The notes under the pieces: generated by a model
Seen by the model: only the letters and a program-made list of their open reading frames with translations
What the model was told of the DNA's origin: nothing
Database searches by the model: none
Source: Coriobacteriia bacterium
GTDB lineage: Bacteria > Actinomycetota > Coriobacteriia > WRKU01 > WQUG01
Assembly: GCA_009781115.1 (NCBI GenBank)
Contig: WQYT01000001.1
Coordinates: 13,413-77,412, forward strand
DNA length: 64,000 nt
Direction of reading: 5' to 3'
In this document: piece after piece, positions 47,606 through 56,836 of the stretch
How the letters are laid out: each line of letters starts with the position of its first letter
Numbering within the stretch: the first letter of the stretch is position 1
Made by a program: the position numbers and the translations under genes

Positions 47606-49579
47606 CTAGGGCGCAGACCCCGACGTCTGATCCTGAGTCGGCGGAGCATAGAGCAAGACCGGCAGGCCCAGCTGATAGTCCTGGCTGCCGGCCGGGAACT
47701 GCTGCGTGACGATACCGGTCCGCTGTCCTTTGGGCAGCGGTACCACCCAGGGGTCCAGCCCCAGAGAGCGCAGCTTATCCTGCGCCGAGGCAAGCGGGGT
47801 ACCGAGCAAGCTGGGAACCTTCACCGCGGGGTTTGTTCCCGCGCTGATCAGCACGCCGACCGTAGCGCCCGCGGCAAGACGCGTGTCCGTGGACTGCGGG
47901 ACCTGGGCCACCACCTTGCCCGCAGACGCGGAGCTGGTCACGATACGTCGCACGTCAACATTGAAACCGGCATTTTTGAGCGCCTTGGTTGCCGCAGCCT
48001 CATCCTGGCCGGTCACATCGGGCACAATCATGCCGCTGGTCGAGTTGCCCTGGCTGACAAGCACCATAACTACCGAGCCCGGCAACGCCAGCCCGGTCGA
48101 TGCGGGCGTCTGCGCCACGGCCTCGTTCACGGCGCCAAATACCGTCTGCGCGTAGTAAAACAGGGGGATAAATCCCTGATCACTCAAGAGCTTTGTAGCG
48201 TCTGCTTTGGAGAGCCCGAGGACTTTTGGCACGGTAACTGAGGTGCTCATCGAGCCCTGGCTGATCAGCACCGCGACCTTTGATCCGCTGTCTACTGTGG
48301 TTCCGGCAACCGGAACCTGCCCGACAATCTGCCCGGGCGGCACCGTATCGCTGAAGGTTTTGACCTCCTGATAGACCAGCCGCGACTCTGTGAGCGCGGT
48401 GCTCGCATCAGAGGGCGCCATACGCAGTACCGAAGGCACCAGCGCCTGTTCAGAGGCTTGCGCGACCGTCAGGCTCACGGCAGAGCCGCGCGCCACCTTA
48501 GTATCAACCTGAGGGTCCTGGTCCATGATAGTACCCGGCACAACATCGGCCGTCGGCTTTTCTGTCAGCTGGCCAACCTTGAGATGGCTGCTATTGAGGG
48601 CAGCTACCGCATCAGTCTGATTCTTGCCAACCAGATCGGGAACAGTCACCTGGTTATAATACACCTGGTACCAGACAAACGCGCCGGCCAAAAGCAGGAC
48701 GGCCAGCCCTCCGACGATCAACGCAATCTGGAGTTTTCGCTGTGACTTCTGCGGCCCATTGGCCTCAGCTATCAGGCGCTCTTCGGCAGACGCCATGGCG
48801 TTCTGCGCCCGATCAAGCACCCCGAAAAATCCCCGCATGCGGGGCTCGTCATCAGCATCGGGAGCGTCTAAGGCATCCTGGATGTCTAAGGCATCAAGCG
48901 TATCTAGGGCGCCGGTATCTGCGTCCTCGTCTCCGGGCAGCACGTCAGGCTCCGGCAAGGTTGAGGTGCTGGTTTCCATGCGCAGGTTTTCAAGCGCCTT
49001 ATTAATAACCCCCTCGTCAACGGCATCCGGGACCGCCTTTTCCTCCAGAATGCGCTGAAGGACCTCCTCGCTTATCTGCTTTTCTTCCGAGGCGGGCTTT
49101 GCTTCCGGGTGTTGTTTAGCTGGGCTTTCGGGCTCCCTTTTATCAGGCGCCTGGGGCTTTGTGTTGTCCTTTGCTTTTGAGGCGGCGTCTGGCTTGGGCT
49201 TGGGCTTGGGCTTCGGCTTCGGTTTTGGGGTTGCTTTTTGCCGGGGCTTTGGCTTCGGCTTCGATTGTGGCTTTGGCTTTGGTTCTGCCTCGGGCCTGGA
49301 TGCTGGCGCGGATTTTTCCTGAGCTTCCGATGCAAGCTTTGGCGCGGATTTCTCTGTCGGTTTTGACGCGGGCTTCTCCATAGGCTTTGGCGCGAGCTTC
49401 TTCTCTGCGATCTCTGCCGACGCAGCAGTCTTTCCTGCGGCCTTTGTCCCCGCCTTCTGCCCAGAAGGAGCTTTCGACTCGACCTGCGGCTTGTCCCCGG
49501 GCTGCGGCTTGCCCTCGACCTGCAGCTTGCCCTCGGCTTGCGGCTTCGCGTTAGATTCTGGTTTGGCTTTATCTGGCAT
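47606..49579 (-). CDS. Kinase-less PASTA-repeat membrane protein with long Lys/Pro-rich disordered cytoplasmic N-terminus
   Basis: KPKPKP repeats; single TM (LQIALIVGGLAVLLLAGAFVW); ~5 extracellular PASTA-like repeats (VPDLVGKNQTDA..., VPKVLGLSKADA..., VPDVTGQDEAAA..., VPSLLGTPLASA...). Start ATG overlaps the gatA stop (TAATG). Confidence 0.75.
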   Translation of the reverse strand: MPDKAKPESNAKPQAEGKLQVEGKPQPGDKPQVESKAPSGQKAGTKAAGKTAASAEIAEKKLAPKPMEKPASKPTEKSAPKLASEAQEKSAPASRPEAEPKPKPQSKPKPKPRQKATPKPKPKPKPKPKPDAASKAKDNTKPQAPDKREPESPAKQHPEAKPASEEKQISEEVLQRILEEKAVPDAVDEGVINKALENLRMETSTSTLPEPDVLPGDEDADTGALDTLDALDIQDALDAPDADDEPRMRGFFGVLDRAQNAMASAEERLIAEANGPQKSQRKLQIALIVGGLAVLLLAGAFVWYQVYYNQVTVPDLVGKNQTDAVAALNSSHLKVGQLTEKPTADVVPGTIMDQDPQVDTKVARGSAVSLTVAQASEQALVPSVLRMAPSDASTALTESRLVYQEVKTFSDTVPPGQIVGQVPVAGTTVDSGSKVAVLISQGSMSTSVTVPKVLGLSKADATKLLSDQGFIPLFYYAQTVFGAVNEAVAQTPASTGLALPGSVVMVLVSQGNSTSGMIVPDVTGQDEAAATKALKNAGFNVDVRRIVTSSASAGKVVAQVPQSTDTRLAAGATVGVLISAGTNPAVKVPSLLGTPLASAQDKLRSLGLDPWVVPLPKGQRTGIVTQQFPAGSQDYQLGLPVLLYAPPTQDQTSGSAP

Positions 49580-51096
49580 TATGCACCTAAAACGTTCACG
49601 GGTACCGTCTGATACGGGAACTGATAGTCCTGTTCGAGCGCTGAAGCCGCGCGGAAGACGTTTGCCTCGTCGAAGTAGTTCCCGATCAGCTGCACCCCGA
49701 GCGGCAAGCCCGCCGCAGAGAGCTTCGTGGGCAGATGCAGCGCGGTGTTGCCTGCCAGGTTGACGGGGATTGTGAACACATCAGAAAGATACATCGAGAG
49801 CGGATCGGTCGTTTTCTCGCCCAGCTTGAATGCAGGGGTCGGCGCCGTTGGCGTCAGTATCAGGTCGTAGTCGGCAAAGACGCGGTCGAAGTCCTGCTTG
49901 ATGACCGTGCGCGCCTTCTGTGCACGGGCGTAGTAGGCGTCATAGTAGCCGGCGGAGAGCACATAGGTCCCAATCATCACGCGCCGGATCGTCTCGGGCC
50001 CAAAGCCCTCGGCGCGGCTGCGCATATAGAGGTCGAGCACGTCAGTGGCGTCCTGGGCCCGCAGGCCGTAGCGAATGCCGTCAAAGCGCGCCAGGTTGCC
50101 GCTTGCCTCAGCCGGCCCCACGATGTAGTAAGCGGCCAACCCGTACTGGGTGCTGGGCAGCGTTGCCTCGCCCACCTCGGCGCCCATCCGCGTAAGGCGC
50201 TCGGCCGCGTCAAGCACGTCCGCCTTGACCTCCGGATCCAGCCCCTCAAGCTCCAGGAAGTCAGTAGCTACCGCCACGCGCAGACCCTTCAGGTCGGCGC
50301 CCAGCGCCTGACTATAGTCCGGCACCGGCGCCTCTACGCTGGTTGCATCGTAACGGTCCTTGCCGCTGATAACCTGCAACGCCAGCGCCGCATCGCGCAC
50401 CGTACGGGCAAACGGCCCGATCTGGTCAAGCGAGGAGGCAAAGGCCACGCAGCCATAGCGCGAGACGCGCCCGTAAGTAGGCTTGAGCGCCACAACGCCA
50501 CAGCAGGCGCCCGGCTGGCGGATCGAGCCACCCGTGTCTGAGCCGAGCGTGATGGGGGCAAGCCCTGCGGCCACCGCCGCGGCCGAGCCACCGGAGGACC
50601 CGCCCGGCACGCGCGCCAGATCCCAGGGATTATGCGTGGGGCCAAAGGCAGAGTTCTCCGTCGAGGAGCCAAAGGCGAACTCATCCATGTTGAGCTTGCC
50701 GAGCGGCAGCGTGCCCGCGTCAAGCAGACGACGCACCGCCGTGCAGTCATAGGCCGACTCGTAATTACTGAGAATGCGCGACGAACAAGTCGTGCGCGTC
50801 CCCTGCAGATTCATATTGTCTTTGAACGCCACGGGCGCGCCCACGAGCGCGCTATCCGGCAACCCGTCGCCGGGCTTGTCGCCCGCCGCAAGCTTCTTGT
50901 CAAGCTCATCAGCCGCTGCGTAAGCCAGCGCATCAGAGCGCTGGTTGTAGGCATGGACCTGCGCGTCGCAGGCATCCGCATGCGCGTAGGCCGCATCAAC
51001 AACCTCGCGCGCTGACACTTCGCGCGCACAAACCAGCCGCGATATCTCAGTGGCTGGCTTAAACATCAGATCCTGAGGATTTGCAGCAACAGCCAT
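49579..51096 (-). CDS. gatA: Glu-tRNA(Gln)/Asp-tRNA(Asn) amidotransferase subunit A
   Basis: Amidase signature GGSSGGSAAAVA. Confidence 0.9.
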   Translation of the reverse strand: MAVAANPQDLMFKPATEISRLVCAREVSAREVVDAAYAHADACDAQVHAYNQRSDALAYAAADELDKKLAAGDKPGDGLPDSALVGAPVAFKDNMNLQGTRTTCSSRILSNYESAYDCTAVRRLLDAGTLPLGKLNMDEFAFGSSTENSAFGPTHNPWDLARVPGGSSGGSAAAVAAGLAPITLGSDTGGSIRQPGACCGVVALKPTYGRVSRYGCVAFASSLDQIGPFARTVRDAALALQVISGKDRYDATSVEAPVPDYSQALGADLKGLRVAVATDFLELEGLDPEVKADVLDAAERLTRMGAEVGEATLPSTQYGLAAYYIVGPAEASGNLARFDGIRYGLRAQDATDVLDLYMRSRAEGFGPETIRRVMIGTYVLSAGYYDAYYARAQKARTVIKQDFDRVFADYDLILTPTAPTPAFKLGEKTTDPLSMYLSDVFTIPVNLAGNTALHLPTKLSAAGLPLGVQLIGNYFDEANVFRAASALEQDYQFPYQTVPVNVLGA

Positions 51097-51398
51097 CAGG
51101 CATCAGCCCCCGGTCCAATGATCCGCGGGATCAGGATCGCGTCGGCCTCGCGCGCGGGCGCGTTCATGAGCGCGCGCTCCCGGTCAAGGCCGGGTACGGG
51201 CACGTCTTCGCGCATCGAGTTGACGAGCGGGATCGAGTGCACCATCGGCTCGACGTCAGCAAGGTCAAGTTTTGATATCTGATCGATGTAGTCAAACACA
51301 CCATTCAGCTCAGTCTGCAAAGTCGCAACCTGCTCTTCGGTCAGCGCAATACGCGCCAACAGCGCGACATGGCGCACTTCTTCTTGTGTTAATGCCAT
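51096..51398 (-). CDS. gatC: Amidotransferase subunit C
   Basis: 100 aa, LTQEEVRHVALLARIAL...; operon position. Confidence 0.85.
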   Translation of the reverse strand: MALTQEEVRHVALLARIALTEEQVATLQTELNGVFDYIDQISKLDLADVEPMVHSIPLVNSMREDVPVPGLDRERALMNAPAREADAILIPRIIGPGADA

Positions 51399-51527
51399 AA
51401 CTGCCTTTCAATCACAGAAACACAGGAGCTTCCCGGCTCCCAGATATCGTTTGGTTCCTTATCACATTATACGGAACAACAAGAGCCCCTCGCGAAAAAC
51501 GCAAGAGGGCTTACGGGACAGTGACGC

Positions 51528-53063
51528 CTAATAATTCGCAAGATGGGCGGCCACGTCCTGGATTATCACCGGATTATACGCAGGGTTCAGCCATTTGAGC
51601 ACCGAGACAACATGCGCCTGCGATGTTGCGGTGCACCCCGCCGTATAGCTGGCGCCCCCATCACCGTGAAAGAATATGCCGCTTCCGACGCCGGGCGTTC
51701 TTGCCGTATTGTATTTGATCACAAACCCGTAATTGTAATAAGGCCGGATATAATACATTCTTTCATTGGCTGGATCCTTCCAGAGCGGACTGGAGGTCGA
51801 TACGTTCTGCAAAGTATTGTAGACGGCAGGATAGGCGGGGTTTTCAACCCAGATATCACCCGGCTTGAACAGGTGATAGGACAGTTTTGTTCCGGGATTA
51901 CTATACTCCCCAAACGCCATGCCAACCAGATACTTGCCCGCAGGAGACCGGGGGTCGCCTTCCCTGGTCTTGCCCAGGCCGTTTTTCCCCAGGATGCCCG
52001 ACATGGACGACACCAACTGCCACCCTGAACTTGTTTTTTGGTAGGTCCTGATCGTTGCGGAGCGAGACGACGCGCTCGGCGCGGTAACCAGGATCAATTG
52101 CCGCACATTTCCCAAGCTCTTCATTGCATTGACGGTCTGAGCGGTGTTGCCAAGGGCTATCCCGTGCACCAGGACACGATCGACACAGACAAGCTTGGGG
52201 GCAGAAGAGGTCACCGTGACCTTCAAGGTATGGACTTTTGTGGCGCCCAATCCTTCACGATGGAAAAGCGCCTGCTTATAAGAAGTCTTGGGGGCAGTCA
52301 TTGTGACCGCCTTCTGGGTCACTCCGTCAAGAACAACTGAGGCAGATCCATAAGTTGCAGCAGTGACCCCGACCCACTCAATTGCGTCCCCTTTGAAAGA
52401 GACCTGGAATGCGGCGCCTTTATGGCTGGTGAGTTTAACGGCTCCGCCGATGCAGGCAGAAGAGGTGGCCTTGCTCCAGGCGCCGGAATAAGTGATGCAA
52501 GCAGAGGTGTCTTCATAGGCGTTCCAGCCGCTGCCCGCAGTTCTTGCCGGAGCAAAGATAACCGCGGCGCCGTTGTGCACCATGATGTTATCGACGCAGA
52601 CAAGCTTGGGCGCCGCACTGGTGACCGTGACCGTCAAGGTATGAGTCTGGCTGGGGTTAAGGCCCGTCTTAGAGAACAAGGCCTGCTTGTAGCAGGTGGA
52701 TGTGGTGGTCAGGTTGATAGTCCCCTGGCTTACGGCATCTAAGATGACCTGTGCCTTGCCGTAGGTGGCCGCTCTTATGCCATCCCATTCGATGCCGTCT
52801 CCGGTAAAGCGTATCTGGAAAGCAGAACCGGCCTTACTGGAGAGCATGACCGCGCCACCAGAGCAGACAGAAGAGGTCGCCTTGCCCCAGGTTCCGTAGT
52901 AGTTGATGTACCCACTGCTCTCCGGATAGGCGACCCAACCGTTACCAGAAGGCGTGGCGGGGTTCAACACTTGCGTCACTGCACCCGCGCCGCTGAACGG
53001 CAGCAAGCTGAAAATCACCAGAATCGAGAGAGTGCAAGCCAATAATGTTAGAAATCGCTTCAT
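51528..53063 (-). CDS. Secreted L,D-transpeptidase (YkuD-like) with two tandem ~150-aa beta-sandwich (carbohydrate-binding-like) N-terminal repeats
   Basis: Signal peptide; internal duplication (GNGWVAYPESSGYINYYGTWGKATSS... vs GSGWNAYEDTSACITYSGAWSKATSS...); C-terminal catalytic HG...GC motif (GIFFHGDGGASYTAGCTATS). Confidence 0.65.
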   Translation of the reverse strand: MKRFLTLLACTLSILVIFSLLPFSGAGAVTQVLNPATPSGNGWVAYPESSGYINYYGTWGKATSSVCSGGAVMLSSKAGSAFQIRFTGDGIEWDGIRAATYGKAQVILDAVSQGTINLTTTSTCYKQALFSKTGLNPSQTHTLTVTVTSAAPKLVCVDNIMVHNGAAVIFAPARTAGSGWNAYEDTSACITYSGAWSKATSSACIGGAVKLTSHKGAAFQVSFKGDAIEWVGVTAATYGSASVVLDGVTQKAVTMTAPKTSYKQALFHREGLGATKVHTLKVTVTSSAPKLVCVDRVLVHGIALGNTAQTVNAMKSLGNVRQLILVTAPSASSRSATIRTYQKTSSGWQLVSSMSGILGKNGLGKTREGDPRSPAGKYLVGMAFGEYSNPGTKLSYHLFKPGDIWVENPAYPAVYNTLQNVSTSSPLWKDPANERMYYIRPYYNYGFVIKYNTARTPGVGSGIFFHGDGGASYTAGCTATSQAHVVSVLKWLNPAYNPVIIQDVAAHLANY

Positions 53064-53555
53064 AGTGAACTCATTTTAGCATCTGAGGAACAGCGGGCGA
53101 TAAGTCGCAAAAAGATTCATGCCACGATTTCTGGCGTTTTTGTATCTAAAACGGACTTGTGTACGCGGTATTCGGCTGTTTTCCCTGAAAACCCCTATAT
53201 TTGTCGCGATTTTGTGCCTTTATGGGCTCTTACAGGCTGAAATCAGGCGTTTTATCGTACACAAGTCCATTCTAGATGCAAAAAGTCCCGAAAAGCTGGC
53301 ACGGGTGCATTTTGGAGCTCGCCCGCAAAGCGTTCTATTGAAGGCAAGGGAGCTGGAGCAGAGCACCGCAGGCAAAATCCAGCTCCCTCGATGGGCCGAG
53401 CAGCCGCATCCAGGTAAAAGTAGGCCCGGGCTCATTGCCTGACAAAATTACCCCTGGGGTAATTTTGTCAGCGGGGCGTGCTGGCTCGATGCCAGCTAAA
53501 GTGACAAACACCCCTGGGGTGGTTGTCACAAGCACCGGAGGTGCGAGGTCTTTCC

Positions 53556-53589
53556 AAAAAACAGAGCGCCCGGGGGCGCTCTGTTTTTT
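53556..53589 (-). terminator. Bidirectional rho-independent terminator downstream of rplQ
   Basis: AAAAAA-CAGAGCGCC-cggg-GGCGCTCTG-TTTTTT: perfect 9-bp stem with flanking A and T runs. Confidence 0.7.
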
Positions 53590-53610
53590 GTAGCTTGGCA
53601 AAAAGGCAGG

Positions 53611-53961
53611 TCAGTCCAGCAGCGACATGACCACCATGGGGGCTGCGTCGCCCTTGCGGGGACCCAGCTTCATGATGCTTGTGTAGCCGCCGTCGCGCCC
53701 TTCAAAGCGCTCAGACTCATCAAAGAGCTTTGACACCAGCTCTTTGTCGCCGACCGCGGCAATCGCCAGACGGCGCGCGGGTACATCCCCGCGCTTAGCC
53801 CAGCCAATGACCTTGTCCACGTCGCCGCGGATCTCCTTGGCGCGGGTCTCGGTCGTCTTGATGCTCTCATGCTTAAGAACAGCCGCTACCAGGCTCTTGC
53901 GCATCGCAGCGGTGTGCGAGGCGTCAGTGCCCAGCTTGCGGCCTTTATATCCGTGTCTCAT
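53611..53961 (-). CDS. rplQ: 50S ribosomal protein L17
   Basis: Start at internal ATG 53961 (MRHGYKGRKLG) with AGGAGG RBS; the track 5' extension is spurious. Confidence 0.9.
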   Translation of the reverse strand: MRHGYKGRKLGTDASHTAAMRKSLVAAVLKHESIKTTETRAKEIRGDVDKVIGWAKRGDVPARRLAIAAVGDKELVSKLFDESERFEGRDGGYTSIMKLGPRKGDAAPMVVMSLLD

Positions 53962-53975
53962 GGGCTTATCTCCTC

Positions 53976-54914
53976 CTAGAGCTTCAGGTTCAGGCCCATG
54001 TCGATGAGCTTGTCCTTGACTTCCTCGATCGATTTGGCGCCGAAGTTGCGAACATTCAGCAGGTCGTTTTCGGTGCACTCGGTCAGCTGACCGATCGTGT
54101 TGACGCCCTGACGCTTCAGGCAGTTGTAGGCGCGAACCGACAGGTTAAGCTGCTCGATCGGCGTATCCAGCTGGCCGTACTCACCTTCGCTGAACTCAGA
54201 GAAGATCGACTCTTCATCGATGGGCGTGATAGTCTGCTCAACAAAGAGCTGCATGTGCTCGTCGATGATGCGACCGGCGCGCGCGATGACGTCATCGGGC
54301 GCCATTGAGCCGTTGGTCTCGATCTCTAAAATCAGCTTCTCGTAGTCGGTACGCTGGCCCACGCGGGTGTTTTCCACGGTCAGCGCGCAGCGGATTACCG
54401 GCGAGAACAGACTGTCGACCGGGATGACCCCGATGGCGTCGCCCGGCTTCTTGTTGCGCACGGCCGGCAGATAGCCGCGCCCCGTGCCCAGATGCATGTA
54501 CACGTTTAAGCTTGCGTTCTTGTTAAGCGTTGCGATGACATGGTCAGGGTTGACCAGCTCAAATTCGCTCGGAACGCTCAGGTCAGCGCCGGTAACGGTG
54601 CGTGGGCCGGTCACAGAAAGCAGTGCCTCGCCCGTGCCCTCGCCGATGCCTGTCTCGCGAAACACCAGACCTTTGACGTTTAAGACAATGTCGGTCACGT
54701 CCTCATGGACGCCCTCGATTGTCGAAAACTCGTGCTGTACGCCATCGATGCGGATGCTGGTCACTGCCGCGCCCTCAAGCGAGGACAACAGCACGCGACG
54801 CATGCAGTTGCCCAGGGTGTAGCCAAACCCACGATCAAGGGGCTCAACTATATAGCGCGAAGTATACTCGTCCAGCTCTTGAACGGTAACACTTGGCTTC
54901 ATAAAGTCACTCAT
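53976..54914 (-). CDS. rpoA: DNA-directed RNA polymerase subunit alpha
   Basis: PLDRGFGYTLGNCMRRVLLSS...IDGVQHEFSTIEGV matches the RpoA N-terminal domain. Confidence 0.9.
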   Translation of the reverse strand: MSDFMKPSVTVQELDEYTSRYIVEPLDRGFGYTLGNCMRRVLLSSLEGAAVTSIRIDGVQHEFSTIEGVHEDVTDIVLNVKGLVFRETGIGEGTGEALLSVTGPRTVTGADLSVPSEFELVNPDHVIATLNKNASLNVYMHLGTGRGYLPAVRNKKPGDAIGVIPVDSLFSPVIRCALTVENTRVGQRTDYEKLILEIETNGSMAPDDVIARAGRIIDEHMQLFVEQTITPIDEESIFSEFSEGEYGQLDTPIEQLNLSVRAYNCLKRQGVNTIGQLTECTENDLLNVRNFGAKSIEEVKDKLIDMGLNLKL

Positions 54915-54929
54915 TATCCCGTTCCTTTC

Positions 54930-55556
54930 TTACTTCGAGTAAAGCTCGACGATCAGGTGCTCCTGAACCGTAATATCGATCTGCTCGCGTTTGGGCATCG
55001 AAAGCACTGCGCCTTGCAGCTTTTCGATATCGACCTCAAGCCAACCGGGCACCGTTGCGCGCTCGTTGGATACGATGGCCGCCTTGATTACCAGCAGGTC
55101 CTTGGATTTGGGAGCGACTCCTACCAGGTCGCCTTCGCTGACGCGGGCCGACGGGATGTCGACGCGACGGGCATTGACCGTGATGTGGCCGTGACGGACC
55201 AGCTGACGCGCCTCTGCACGCGACTTTGCAAAGCCCAGGCGATAGACCACGTTGTCCAGGCGGGTCTCCAGCAGGACCAGCAGGTTCTCACCTGTGATGC
55301 CTGGCTGACGACTGGCCTTTACGTAGTAGCCGTGGAACTGCTTTTCGAGCATACCGTAGGTACGCTTCGTCTTTTGCTTCTCGCGCATCTGAAGACGATA
55401 CTCAGACTCGCGCGGACGCTTCTTGCCCGCCTGGCCCGGCGGGTAGGGGTGTTTTTCCATTGCACACTTGTCGTGGTAGCAGCGGTCGCCTTTCAGGAAG
55501 AGTTTCTCTCCCTCGCGACGGCAGAGTCGACAAGTGGCTCCTCTATATCGTGCCAT
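54930..55556 (-). CDS. rpsD: 30S ribosomal protein S4
   Basis: [16 protein letters not shown]...HLIVELYSK. Confidence 0.9.
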   Translation of the reverse strand: MARYRGATCRLCRREGEKLFLKGDRCYHDKCAMEKHPYPPGQAGKKRPRESEYRLQMREKQKTKRTYGMLEKQFHGYYVKASRQPGITGENLLVLLETRLDNVVYRLGFAKSRAEARQLVRHGHITVNARRVDIPSARVSEGDLVGVAPKSKDLLVIKAAIVSNERATVPGWLEVDIEKLQGAVLSMPKREQIDITVQEHLIVELYSK

Positions 55557-55583
55557 GTATGTACTCCTCTATACGTGCGCGCA

Positions 55584-55982
55584 TCAGACGCGGCGACGTT
55601 TACTCGGACGACAACCGTTATGCGGGATGGGCGTCACGTCCTGGATGGACGTGATCTCAAGCCCGGCAGCCTGGAGACTGCGGATGGCGGTCTCGCGACC
55701 GCTCCCCGGCCCCTTGGCAAACACGGTCACTTTGCGCATGCCGTGCTCCTGCGCGGTCTTGGCAACCGCCTCGGCTGCCAGCTGGGCCGCAAAGGGCGTG
55801 GACTTACGCGAGCCCTTGAAGCCCGAGGTGCCGGCGCTCTGCCAGGCGATAACGTTGCCCGCGGGATCGGTGATCGTCACGATGGTGTTGTTGAAGGTGG
55901 ACTTGACGTGTGCCTGACCAACCGCGATGTTCTTGCGCTCGCTCTTTTTGATGCGAGTACGGACGTTTTTCTTAGGGGCCAT
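55584..55982 (-). CDS. rpsK: 30S ribosomal protein S11
   Basis: [18 protein letters not shown]...[14 protein letters not shown]. Confidence 0.9.
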   Translation of the reverse strand: MAPKKNVRTRIKKSERKNIAVGQAHVKSTFNNTIVTITDPAGNVIAWQSAGTSGFKGSRKSTPFAAQLAAEAVAKTAQEHGMRKVTVFAKGPGSGRETAIRSLQAAGLEITSIQDVTPIPHNGCRPSKRRRV

Positions 55983-55985
55983 GGT

Positions 55986-56360
55986 TTATGCTCCCTTCTT
56001 GCGCGCGCCGATTTGGCGACGCGGACCCTTGCGGGTACGCGCGTTGGTGTGGGTGCGCTGACCGCGTACCGGCAGGCCGCGGCGATGGCGCAGGCCGCGA
56101 TAGCAGCCGATCTCCATCAGGCGCTTGATGTTTTGCGAGGTCTCCCGTCGCAGGTCACCTTCTACCTGTACGTTTTTGTCAATATAGTCGCGAATGGTTG
56201 AGACGTCCTCATCAGTGAGGTCGGCAACGCGGGTATCAGGATCGATGCCTGTTGCTGCCAGCACTTTCTGGCTGGTAGTAAGCCCGATGCCGTAAATGTA
56301 GGTCAGACCGATCTCGACGCGCTTTTCACGCGGCAAGTCGATACCAAAAATACGAGCCAC
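55986..56360 (-). CDS. rpsM: 30S ribosomal protein S13
   Basis: [26 protein letters not shown]. Confidence 0.9.
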   Translation of the reverse strand: MARIFGIDLPREKRVEIGLTYIYGIGLTTSQKVLAATGIDPDTRVADLTDEDVSTIRDYIDKNVQVEGDLRRETSQNIKRLMEIGCYRGLRHRRGLPVRGQRTHTNARTRKGPRRQIGARKKGA

Positions 56361-56375
56361 AGATGCTCCTTTACT

Positions 56376-56489
56376 CTAGCCCTGACGCTGCTTATGGCGC
56401 GGGTTGTCACAAATGACATACACGCGGCCATGGCGCCGGATGATCTTGCACTTATCGCACATTTTTTTAACGGAAGGACGAACCTTCAT
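56376..56489 (-). CDS. rpmJ: 50S ribosomal protein L36
   Basis: Own translation: [37 protein letters not shown] (37 aa). Not in the ORF track because it is below the length cutoff. Confidence 0.85.
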   Translation of the reverse strand: MKVRPSVKKMCDKCKIIRRHGRVYVICDNPRHKQRQG

Positions 56490-56602
56490 GGTGGGTCTCC
56501 TTTAATAATCTTTGTTCTATCATCAACGCCCAGCCGCAGGCGGTAGTTTTCAGCGTAAGAGCCAGCGCCTTTTTGGCCCCGGCTGCTTCAGTTCAGCGTT
56601 TT

Positions 56603-56836
56603 CTACTTGTAGCGATACGTGATGCGACCACGACTCAGGTCGTAGGGCGAAAGCTCAACTTTCACGCGGTCGCCCGGAAGGATACGGATGTAGTGCATGC
56701 GCATCTTACCAGAGATATGAGCCAGAATCTGATGCCCCGGGCCGTTCTCGTTATCGAGTTCGACCTTAAACATCGCATTGGGGAGCGGCTCGATAACCGT
56801 CCCTTCAAGCTCAATTGCTGCTTCTTTTTCTGTCAA
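56603..56836 (-). CDS. infA: Translation initiation factor IF-1
   Basis: [20 protein letters not shown]...[15 protein letters not shown]. Confidence 0.85.
   Translation of the reverse strand: MTEKEAAIELEGTVIEPLPNAMFKVELDNENGPGHQILAHISGKMRMHYIRILPGDRVKVELSPYDLSRGRITYRYK

Noticed and set aside
46009-47793. 594-aa ORF as a GatB with an N-terminal extension
   Set aside because: The first 75 codons (MPRRRISCALWGW...) are non-homologous and lack an RBS. The conserved GatB N-terminus starts at ATG 47568 with a GGAAAG RBS.
53119-53442. 107-aa plus-strand ORF in the ldt leader
   Set aside because: AT-rich with no RBS; it lies in a region with palindromes and hairpins and is more plausibly non-coding 5' leader/regulatory DNA.
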